Part shown: in pieces, positions 53,215 to 64,000 of the stretch
Layout of the letters: every line of letters begins with the position of its first letter
Position numbering within the stretch: the stretch's first letter is position 1
Assembly (NCBI GenBank): GCA_964016885.1
Contig: OZ024742.1
Location: 239,444,001 to 239,508,000 of the forward strand
DNA from: Eledone cirrhosa
Lineage: Eukaryota
Reading direction: 5' to 3'
Length of the DNA: 64,000 nt
Translations under genes and position numbers: made by a program
Notes under the pieces: model-generated
What the model saw: only the letters and a program-made list of their open reading frames with translations
Database searches by the model: none
Told to the model about the DNA's origin: nothing

Positions 53215-55560
53215 GCGACGATAGAGAGGTTTGAGATATGGAATATTGGGATGATGACAAAGAGATAAAGAGATGTAGTAAAAACACTGAATAGAATAAG
53301 AATGGACATATGTTGTGTGCAGGAGACAAGATAGAAGGGAAGTGGTATGAGAATGGTTGAGTGATGACAAGGACAGAAGTACAAGTTTATGTGGCAAAGG
53401 TGTTCAAGAGGTGTGCATGGTGTTGGTATCTTGCTTTTTGTAGAATTTATAGACCGTTTGTTGAACATGACTAAGGTGAGTGGTCCTGTCAGAAGCAACT
53501 GTCTCCAACAGATCTGGCTGGATCAACAAGCGAGACCAGGAAAGCACATGGATGTTATCCAAGCATCTTGCTTGAGGTTTACCCCTGGGTCTCTTGCTGG
53601 TTGATTTTACCCATAAATTCTGTCCAACAATTCTTTCTTGAAACATTCTAACACATGCCCATATTATCGGAACTGTGATCTCTGAATTCAAAGATGTAGC
53701 AACTCTACCTTGAGTGACTCTCTGATCTCTGAGACCCTTTTGAGGAACCCCATTTCGGTCACTTGTATTCACAATTGTATTCTTTCAGTAATTACATAAG
53801 ATTCATGATCATAGGTAAAGGTTGGCACGAATACCGAATTAAAGATAGCGAGTTTAACTTTTACACTTACCTCCCTTCTTCTGATGACCCAATGTTGAAG
53901 CTGGCGCATTACTGCACCTGCTCCTGCAATTCTTGCACTTAATTCAACCTCCTGTCTTCCATTATTCAGGAACACGGTCCCAAGATACTTTAATTTTTCC
54001 ATTCACATGTAAGAGTGCACTGTGCAGGCTTCCTTTAGAGGACAAGTGTCTCAGTTTTTGCAGCACTGATTTTCACTCCAACCATGCAGCACTCAGAATC
54101 AAACCTATCAAGTGCAAGTCGGAGATGACCTTCTGTTGAGTTAAGTAACACCATGTCGTCTGCAAATTCCAGCTGACTGATTCTACACTTGCCAGGTGTG
54201 ACACCACTTCCAACCCAGCTGTGCATGTCAATCCTATTCATAAAAATAATTGTTTCTACTTTTGGCACAAGGCCAGCAATTACCCAGTGTATTACTGGTA
54301 CTTTATTTTATCGACCCCGTAAGGATGAAAGGCAAAGTTAACCTCGGCAGGATTTGAACTCAGATCATAAAAGGACGTAACTCTATGCTTCAAAGCATTC
54401 ATAGAAATAATGAAAAAGAAAGGTGACAGTACACGCCCTCGGAAGAGTCCAACACCTGCATTGAATGGTTTTGATTTAGCGCCATTTATCCGACACAAAT
54501 ACTTGGGCATTCATGTAGAGACATCAGGGCAGCGCAGAGCTAATCATCGATCCCAGACTCCTGCAGAACCTTCCACAGCCGGTCTTTAGGAATATGGTCA
54601 TATACCTCTTTGAGGTCTACAAAACCAATATACCTCTTGGCAAATACTCTTACGATTTCTCGAAGATCTGCTACAGTGTAAATATTTGGTTGGCTGTGCT
54701 GCATCCGGGGTGAAAACCACACTGTTCATCAGCTAGCTTGGATTCGACAATCTCCCTGTACCTCTTGCCAGACACTTGGCATAGACTTTATCAGGGAGGC
54801 TTAACAAGGAGATCCCTCTGTAATTGGAACAATCTCTCTTGTCTCCCATTTTGAAAATTAGGATTATCATTCCCTATTATCATTACTTTATTTGCTGATC
54901 TGAAGTCGGATTCCAGCTTAACCCCAAAGTCCTCCCATGTCTTAACTTTGGAACCCTTTACTGTTTCTGCTGCAATTCTTTGTGCTTGCTTGTACCACAA
55001 GTGCAAGAAGGCGGACTTATTTCCAAGCCAAGCTTTGTAAACTTCCTTCTTTGCTCAAAGGGCATGTTTGACCTCTTGATTGAACCAAGGAGTCCTCCTG
55101 CCATCTGGCGCCACACTAAGCCTCTTTCGTCTGCAGCATTTAACAGCTGAAGCAAAAACTCTTGATCTAAACAGCATCCACTCTATCTCCACGTCCTCAG
55201 TTTGCTCAGGGAATTGATGATGAACTTGGTGATTGAGAAACTCCTGGTAAATATTATCTCAGGATATGCCCCAAAGGCAGGTCAGATGGTCGACAAAGAA
55301 TTTATTGTGTTAAGAGGGTATTTCAATGGAGGTGTGGGAAGGAGTATGGATGGTTTTGAGTAAGTCCATGGGGACTACAGGTATGATGTGATGAATGAAG
55401 AGGGTGAAAGGATTTGGGAATTTGCTAATAGAACTTAGAAGTCAATCTGCAACAACGAATTTTAAAAAAAGACAACAAACTTGTTACATACATATCAGAT
55501 AGGTCATTGTCAACTGTCAACTACCTGATGGTACATGGGTGAGATAGGAGGAACCTCATT
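53215..55560 (+). mobile_element. RTE-like AP-endonuclease remnant (53215-53440 and ~55310-55560) split by an opposite-strand LINE
   Basis: WNIG, DICCVQETR, GVHGVGILL; later GYFNG, NEEGERIWEFAN. Confidence 0.65.
53450..55260 (-). mobile_element. Degraded RTE-like LINE RT, containing a SINE at ~54251-54396 (TSD ATTCATA(A/G)AAATAAT)
   Basis: FVDLKEVYDHIP, LSPFFFI, LEFADDMVLL, KLKYLG, RPRGKPQARCLD. Confidence 0.85.
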
Positions 55561-55633
55561 AAAAAAAGTTATGCAGCATTCCAACATATGTGTTTCTTTG
55601 TTTACTTTAACTGTTATCATTCTTTGTATTTAG

Positions 55634-55812
55634 GTGCAAACTGGAACATGGTTTACTTTATAGAAAGTCGAACGAATATTTATATACCCTCTACTTTTAA
55701 ACATTCAACAAGACCTAATTGTATTTCAAACACTAAGGTGCAACAAACTGAATGCCCAGGATTTTATAGAAGTGCTCTGCTTGATATCTGGAATGAGCTG
55801 CCTATTAAAAAG
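55634..55812 (+). CDS. Host gene exon (phase 1-0): GANWNMVYFIESRTN...CPGFYRSALLDIWNELPIKK
   Basis: TTTGTATTTAG acceptor, AAG|GTAATT donor, 179 bp; phases match both neighbouring exons. Confidence 0.82.
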
Positions 55813-56744
55813 GTAATTTCTCAATAACTATTTCGTGAGTAAATAAGTTAACTTTACAAATTTGGTCCAGGAAAGTGAAACTTTTAAATGTTAGTATGCA
55901 AAAACAGAATAGGCTGCAATATGTTCCACAGCATGATGCTTGATGCACATGTTGCATATTGCACAACTTATTGCATATTGCACAACAAAACAAATACTGT
56001 TGATCCAAAATCAGTGTTTGTGATTTCATGCACATGTATGTACACATGTATGTACACATGCACACACATGTGTACATACACCTATGTGTATGATGGAACA
56101 AATGTGCAAGTCTCTGTGCAAGTCACCGTATGTTTGCCTGTCCTTGTGTGTCAATTTATGTACACACAAACACACATATGTATTTAGTATGCATAAAATG
56201 TTCTTATGTATTTATGTAGGTTTCTTGGTGAGGAGGGTGGCTTTGGACATCCTGCAGGACTAAAAAGCAAAACCTGTCAAAGAGCAAAGGAGCTCTTAAG
56301 AGTCAATGGCCATCCAAAATCACCGGGAGAGATGACCCCTTAGCCTTTGTCAAGGCAGAATTCTAGGAGAAGGAAAACTCTGATATAACACCTGAAACCC
56401 TGATGGTATCCAATGATGTTGACTTGTTCTTCTTTTTGGTAAATATCATCTTGGTTAAGAGAGTGGGACTGGCTTTGTGCAGTGCCTTTGCTCACTATAA
56501 AAGTTTCACGGCACAGGCATTGCTTTATATCTGGAGATCTCTCTGCACTTGTCATCACATGGTACCATGGGCCCAGCACTATGTATCAATAATTGTCACA
56601 AGTGTAGTGTTTGTACCAGAGTTTTCAAGTTGCTGGCTGAACTAAAAAGTCACACTCGTTCAGCGCATCGGTAGGGGTTCTCCTACATGGATATAAAGTA
56701 GTGGCCGTACTCGAAAACGAGTTGGCAGCCACCATGTATGTATG

Positions 56745-58310
56745 TTCTTCTGGTTTTATAATTTCACAAATCTTTTCCAATAGAGAGAGAGTCGGTTTCT
56801 AACATAGACACAAGACTCTCTCATTGGAATTTACACAATATCAACTAGGTAGATATGTATACATGTCTGCATGCATGTCTCGATATGGATGTTATTGTAT
56901 GTGTGGATGTGGATGTTTTGAGTTGTATGTGTGCATGTGTATATGCTTGGTATCTGTACATGTGTACATGCAGTTATTAGATGTAAAATGTTTTGAATGT
57001 TTTACATATTTTTACTGTTCCATTAATGGATTGTACTTGTAATTTCCTAACTAGTTGTGTTCTTTCTGTTCCTGTGAAGCCCAGCTTCTCAAGATTTGTA
57101 TTGAGGCAGTTACTAACATATCCCACTGCACCAATAATCACAGGCATAAATCTGAAGGTATAATTTATTGGGGTTTTTACTGGAACCTTCCACCAGTACT
57201 CTTTCATAGTATGTATATGGATGTCTTCCACATTGCTGTAGCTTTTAATGTGTTGATTATTGGGACTATCTTTTCTACGGATTGCATTGTACAGTGTTTT
57301 GACCACTACATCATGCCTCATAGGTAGATAGTACCGCGATGACATCTTTGGACAGCTGATTATGACATGGGTGATATCTTCGATGTTAATTCTGTAGAGT
57401 CTGCACTTGTTATCACATCTAGGTGTTTTGCCTGCATCCCTATCTCTTTTGTGAATCATGTATTTCGTGTTGATTTCCTGTTCTTGGATTGCAAAAGCAT
57501 ATCCTTCAAAGTGAGAGCCAATATAGCGGTTGTTGGTCCAAGATAGACTACTTTCTTTATCTATATTACTCTCACTCTGGAGCTTCCTGGCAATATATCC
57601 ATGCATGATTTTTTGCTGATAAGCATGCAGTTTTTCATCCATGGATTCATTGCGATACTGCTGAGCGACTTCCCTGGGTGTGAGGTTTTGATTATCACAC
57701 AGGGAATACCTCTCGAGGAGTTCCTTCACAACTCTCATGATCTTATCTGTTTCATGCAGATAAATTTGCTCGAGAGACGGGCTCCTACGCTTTGAGGTTT
57801 GTAGATGTTGTCGGAAGGATATGATGCGACATTCAAATGCTGTCTGGACTGATGTTAGACCTCTGCCTCCCTGCTTACGTTTCAAGTAAAGGCGGTCTAT
57901 GTCACTGCTGATGTGGAAGTTTCCGGTGTTGTTTAGTATTTTTCGAGTTCTAACATCAATCACTCGGATTTCGTCTATCGTCCAATTGAGTATTCCAAAA
58001 GTTGGTGTTAGGACAGGCACAGCAAACACATTGTGAGCCACTGTTTTGTTTTGCGCAGAGAGTTCCGATGACCATATCTTTCTTAATCAGGTGTGGTATT
58101 CCCTGGTTACGCATTCCTTATTACAGATACCATTATAGGATATGTTCTCATCTATCCCCAGGTATCTGTAGCAGTCCTCATCAGATATTGGTGAAACAGT
58201 TAGGCCATTGATACAAATGTTGCTAGATTGGGTTGTTGTTTTTCCCCGCTTTACAGTCATATATGAGCATTTATTTTGGCCAAACTCCATTCCTATATCC
58301 TTTGAGAATG
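56745..58310 (-). mobile_element. R4/Dong-clade non-LTR retrotransposon, 5'-truncated, RLE domain partly deleted (ORF 56977-58041)
   Basis: YRYLGI, RLYLKRKQGGRGL, AIQEQEINT, degenerate zinc knuckle CRL..(E)...HVIISC followed by RHD. Flanked by (CATA)n. Confidence 0.88.
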
Positions 58311-58796
58311 TTGTATGTATGTATGAATGAATGAATGAATGCATGCATGGGGATATGGAAATACTTGGGTTGGTGCCTGAGAGACACCTAGTCCTTCTGA
58401 GGACATCGTTCTAGAAGGAAAACTGTGGCTCAATAGCAAATAATGATGTTGACCTGGTCTTCTTTTTAGATACCTGTCACTGTTATTCAGAGATTGGTAT
58501 TGGCCTTTCTTCACTTAAAAAGCTTCAAGCACAAACATTACTTAATCTAAAGATCTTTTACATGTATTACATGAGCATAACCTGCCATAGCTGAAAAAGA
58601 AATTTTTTTTTTTACTGCAGCACATGTAGAAAAGAATATAAGTCTTTGCAAGGGCTAAAAAAAGTCATGTTTGTTCCACCTATGTATGAGAAAAGGATCA
58701 ACTGATGTCAATTATCGAAATTGAGATGTAGCCATCATGTATGTATGTATGTATGTGTGTGTGTGTGTGTATGTGTGTGTGTATGTATGTATGGGT

Positions 58797-58881
<85 letters not shown>

Positions 58882-58961
58882 ATGGATATATGTTTGTGTT
58901 AAATTGGAGTTTTAAATGGCTAAAGAAGATTAATGAGGTATATGCCAGGGCTGCAAGATAA

Positions 58962-59240
58962 CACTGATCAACAACCAAATTGTTCCTGAGACTAAAGTAG
59001 CAATTTGCAACTAATTTGAGGTCGCTGATAATGAATATCATAGTTATAATTGTTTGTTAGCTCTACTTTTCAACATACATGTATGTTTGTGGTAAGGTGA
59101 CCTTTCCATCACAGAAGTGCTGTATAACTACTATGGTTAAAAACACATATCACCTATATTTTGGATGCAAGATTGGTGACCAGTATAAGAGGTGGGCTCC
59201 TCACATATGCTACACTTGTGCTACTAACCTTCACAGCTTG
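58962..59240 (+). mobile_element. 5' fragment of a DNA transposon, probably Chapaev3-like
   Basis: CACTG terminus; YVCG...YFGCKIGDQYKRWAPHICYTC N-terminal motif. Family assignment is from recall. Confidence 0.55.
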
Positions 59241-60943
59241 CCTCAAAAATTTCTTTTGACCCTTGTGTTGTGTGTCACACTTGGTGAATTGATGGTTGTT
59301 TTTGTTTCCCTTTTTTTTCTCTCTTGCTCTGATCATATATTTTGGTACGTTATATTTGTGAGGTTCCTAGCAATAGTTAATTGTATTTATCTTATGTGTT
59401 TATATTTGTGTTTATATTTTCATTCTGAAAGAATTGTGAACAATTTGTAATTTTATTCCCATCTGTAAATATTTTTTATTATCATATAACAAATATATAA
59501 GATTAAATAGAAATATATACATACAATCAATAAATTAATTGCTTAAACATAAACATATTATGTCAACTATATTTTACAAACAGAAGTTATACAAAGATGG
59601 AAATATGAAAAAGAAGGTAAAAACAAAATTAAGTAGTGAAAAGAGAGGGGAAAGATAAAGAAGGGCAGATCTGGCTGTATAGGAAAGGGACGAAAGGACT
59701 ATAAATGCCATCTTTTGCCACAAAATGACCAGTTATTTTTTATTATCAATGATATTCATGGCAGAGTTAAACTTGGATGATCTAAAGGCAGAAGTCACAG
59801 TGTCAACCATCTAATTGAGAAGTCATGCATTCTGATTTCACTGACTAAATTTCTGTATAAAGATGCCTTATTTGAATTCTTTAAACTACTTCAAACTGCT
59901 GAACCACTGCCAATAAAGCAGTGTGGTCTGTGAACACATTTTTCCTGGCTCTGAATAATCAGGACTTATTTGTATAATTCTACGGTGAACAACAAACTGA
60001 ACAATTTAGAGATGACAATAAACATGAATCTTGTTGAAGATAATGCAGTTTGTGTTAGTATAATTCATAACAGACAATGCCATCTTTCATGTCTTATTTT
60101 TATTTATTGAAACTTTGCAATTACATTAAGAATTAGCTATAAATTTTGTTTTTTATTTATAGACATTCATATTATGACTTACATAAAAAGTTTGTGCATC
60201 CTCATAGTTCAGTTGATCTTTAATAACATATAATAGGTGTTCTTTAACTCAACATTCTTCTACTATATGTATTGTAACAGAACACTCAGTTGCCACAAGT
60301 TGCAAGCAAGAACGATTTTATGTGTGTGTGTGTGGGAGAGAGAGAGTGTGTGTGGGGGGGGGGGTATGTGTGTGTGTGTGTGTACATGTCTGGTAAAGGA
60401 ACACAACTAAATACTGCATGGCCATTTTGTTTGATTTTGTACTAATTCTGCTAAATTAAATGTTGTTCATCATCACCATCATCATCACCATCACTACCAT
60501 CACCATCACCACCACCATTTAACATCTATTTTTTCCATGCTAGCATGGGTTGGATGAGTTGTCCCACTATTGTGAGATGGGCTGGGGACTTTGGTGGGGG
60601 GTGTGTGGGGGGGGGGATTGCGTAGGTAGGTATAGGAGCGTGTGTGAAGGGCAGAGTGTTAGGTCATGGGTGGAGTGGAAGGACATAGTAGGAGGTGTAT
60701 GGCAAGGGGGGTCATGGAAGTGAAGGTGGTGCATATTAGATGTATGTTTCAACCTGTGCTCATGGAAAGGTTAGTCTTCTGTGTTACTGCATAATGCCAG
60801 CGATCTCTTCTCTTCTCCTGCATACTACATCTAATCTCTCTTATGTCTAGTTTCTCTCTCAGTTCATTTATGCTTTGCCGTTCATGTATATTGCTATCAC
60901 ATTTATATGTGAATTTTCTTTTTCTATTTATTACATATTGCAG

Positions 60944-61095
60944 GTAAAACTGGCTATACGTAAGGCATCAAAAACAGTTGTGTCATTAGAATTTACAGCA
61001 TCTGGTTCAAATATGACAAACTGGTACGACAAAAATAACATAGTTACTATGCCATGGTTGGACAACAATGACGAACTTAAACTTTTTACCAAGCC
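60944..61095 (+). CDS. Host gene exon (phase 0-2): VKLAIRKASKTVVSLEFTASGSNMTNWYDKNNIVTMPWLD...
   Basis: Polypyrimidine tract with TTGCAG acceptor, GTATGT donor, 152 bp; continues exon 55634-55812 in frame. Confidence 0.8.
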
Positions 61096-61260
61096 GTATG
61101 TTAGATACTTTACTTTTTTCTGTAATTTTTCTTGTTATAATTCCATTCACATTTAGGAATATCATAGGAATATGAAATTGACTCCAGTGCTATATTCTAC
61201 TGACTGGATGTTAATTAATAGACTTCCCATGCAAGATTCCTATCTTCACTGGTGGCTTGC

Positions 61261-61620
61261 CTAATAGAGGTAACTGGTGAAGCTCGTGCAGGCGCTTGGT
61301 TGTTCCAGCGCATCAGCCTCGCCATCACTCGAGGTAACGCTGCAAGTGTGCTGGCTTGCCTCAAGAATCATTAGAGAGGTTTCCCAGTGCTCCTTGTGAT
61401 ACTATTATCTTTTATTCTGGTAGTGGCCCAGTTGTCCACCCTTTCATTTGCCTTTTGTTGTATGTGCTAACTGCTTCTGTGTTTTTTCTTTTTTTCTTTT
61501 CCTTTTCTTTTCCTTTTCTTTTCCTTTCTTTTTTTGTTTTGTTTTCCCTTTCCTTTACATTATATTTGTTTGTGCTTTCATTCTGTAAGCATAGTATTAT
61601 ATTTCTGTTAATAAAATTAT
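61261..61620 (+). mobile_element. 3' end of a CRE-like RLE retrotransposon (coding remnant to 61374)
   Basis: VTGEARAGAWLFQRISLAITRGNAASV, then stop, T-rich UTR and AATAAA. Confidence 0.65.
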
Positions 61621-61888
61621 CTTCAGTTATATACACCTTTCTTTATTTTAATGCATTAATCTCATAAAATATTATAGACATCATAATGTTAACAATTCCT
61701 ATTAAATCAAATCAGGATTATTAGATAGGTAAAAAACATTTTATTGTGTAGTTTCTACTTTGTCCCAAAACTGTGAGTTTGTATTAATATTATCATATTT
61801 TCAATATTAGACCACAAAAATAAATTTACATTCTATTAAGATGCTGTATCAAGAGAGAATATTTAACTTGTACATTTTAGTTTGTTAA

Positions 61889-62055
61889 CCCCTTCAGGAC
61901 CATATTTTTAATGAAATACACTTTAATGAAGAATTTTGAAGGATTTATTAAAATTGTTAATTATTTCATGACTAAGTTTTCAAGGAACCCTTTAAAATGA
62001 ATGATTTTCTTTTATAGAACCAGAGCCAGTTTGGGTCGGGTAGGTATCAAAAGGG
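61889..62055. mobile_element. piggyBac-type MITE
   Basis: TTAA-CCCCTT...AAAGGG-TTAA. Confidence 0.7.
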
Positions 62056-62579
62056 TTAATTGATTAAGTAAAAATGCTATATATAAGTGAATTTGCATTA
62101 TGTAGCATTTAAACTTTGTGTATTTATGTTTGGTTTAAAATCAAAATCAGGATCTTTAGAAGAAGGGGTCCCCATTCAAATTCACTATATCTAAACCATC
62201 ATTTTCCAGGGTTAACATTCTTAATACCTCAAACATGTTAATTATGAGGTAAATCTCAAGCTTTAGGTAACATAACAAATAGTGGAATCCTTGTATTCAT
62301 TTTGATTACCTCCCCCTTCCATGCAACTTGATCTATATACATTGGTCCTTCAAATAAGCAGTTTAATCCTGTATTATACTATAGGCTTACATTAGCTTAA
62401 TCCAACCATGCACACAGTCATATCTGAGCTTCTCTCATTTTCAATAGCATTTACCATATATATTTATATATAAGCCGAGAAATATATGATCAAAAAGTCA
62501 AGGTTAAAATGGGGGTTGGCATATACTTAAGGTCTATATTTTGTCAATTTTCACTAACTTCAAATTATATACAAATAAT

Positions 62580-62764
62580 TGTTTCTACTTTAGGCACAAG
62601 GCCAACACATACCCAGTTCATTACTGGTACTTTATTTTATCGACCCCATAGGGATGAAAGGCAAAGTCAACCTCGGCGGGATTTGAACTCAGATCGTAAA
62701 GGGACGTAACTATGCTGGAAAGCATGGCGTCCGACCCTCTACCGATACTGCCAATCCACCACCC
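62580..62764 (-). mobile_element. Full-length tRNA-SINE with TSD AAATTATATACAAATAAT
   Basis: TSD at 62562-62579 and 62767-62784. Confidence 0.92.
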
Positions 62765-62919
62765 TTAAATTATATACAAATAATGTGCTAAAATATCTGG
62801 AGTGATTATTTCACGATGAAACATTGTTTTTCTACATTTACTACACTGTCAAGAATATTATTTATGCATTCCTTTGAGAACATCCCCAACAAATGTTTAC
62901 AATTTGAACTTTTTAATAC

Positions 62920-63630
62920 GACCTGGGCATTACTGTCAGCAGCGATTTGCGTTGGACGAAGCACGTCTCTAAAATTGTCAAGAAGGCCGAGGGTGTCTTA
63001 GCATCACTCAGCAAGACCTTTGTCAGCCGCTCTCCAGCTATCTACTTAAAGCTGTATATAGCTATGGTGAGGCCACACTCAGAATTTGCATCACCAGTCT
63101 GGAACCCCTATCTTGCTCAGAGCATTGATTGCCTGGAAACTGTTCAGAGACGTGCAACCAAGCGAGTACCCTCCATCAGGCATCTACCATACTCTGAACG
63201 CCTTACTTCCCTGGGCATGGATACATTGAAGCTCTGACGCCTGGCAACTGACTTGGTAAACACCCACAAAATTATTAACCATCTTGCCAACAACAACCCT
63301 GAGTACCTTTTTTGATTTCCATGTGTCTAACACACATGGGCATACCTACAAAGTCAGAAAACAACGCAGCCCCCATGACTTTCGGAAACATTTTTTCACA
63401 CTCAGAGTTGCTGAAGCATGGAACAAACTCCTTGCATCAGTTGTTAGCTGTCGAGACACTGCATCCTTTAAAACTTCCATGCTTCCTGAGATTCGCCAAC
63501 ACTACACCTAATATTCCCCCTCCATACACACGCACACATGTATATCATGACTTATACACTGTTCACTTCCATGACATTTGTATATTATTCTATGTACTAT
63601 ACATGCACCTTTTATGAGTTGTGCACAATA
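62920..63630 (+). mobile_element. CR1-clade LINE 3' fragment
   Basis: LYIAMVRPHSEFASPVWNP, LETVQRRATK, YSERL, FFTLRVAEAWNKL. Confidence 0.9.
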
Positions 63631-64000
63631 ATTTCCATATTATAATTATTATATAAATATCCCCTACACATACACACATACATGCACGCACACACACACA
63701 CAAACATACACACATGCAAACACAATATCTGATATCATTCTAAAATATTTGTTGTAAATAATAGAACTTTGAAAATCTGTGGAGATATCATCACCAGTTC
63801 TATTAGGTACCAATATGACTTGAAAAAAAATCTCAATAACTTGATTTTATTTTACATACATATAGATAATCAGGAGCAGAACAGAAAGAAAACCATAAAG
63901 ATGTCACCATATTTATATAAATATGGCGACATACTAGATACTAGAGATAGAGTTCTATACCTTAACCTATGGTTCGCATAACCCCAGTGAGAAATTTCTA

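Noticed and set aside
61156-61264. Next exon of the host gene
   Set aside because: The first acceptor gives an immediate stop. The second has a weak pyrimidine tract and runs into a CRE-like remnant.

Overview
AT-rich, repeat-dense eukaryotic DNA. The SINE/LINE families resemble those of octopus/cephalopod genomes (recognition only, not verified), and most ORFs in the supplied track are artefacts of simple repeats. (1) 1-10.8 kb is a higher-order array of a ~20-bp satellite (AAATAAAAAACGGGGCACCC), tail-to-tail SINE palindromes and (ATTAT)n. (2) 11.1-18.5 kb is a 7.4-kb (TAAAA)n array. (3) 18.5-32.7 kb is a cluster of four Penelope-like retroelements (RT + C-terminal GIY-YIG, probably Naiad-type). 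It includes an inverted pseudo-LTR, five type I hammerhead ribozyme motifs, conserved promoter and 3'-terminal structures, and a 40-bp satellite between two of the elements. (4) 32.7-64 kb holds Helitron, RTE, CR1, hAT, mariner, R4/Dong, Chapaev-like and CRE remnants, a near-perfect 581-bp palindrome, and 3-4 phase-compatible exons of a + strand host gene (hydrophobic leader, PAN/apple-like domain, uncharacterised domain). The ORF track does not assemble this gene.
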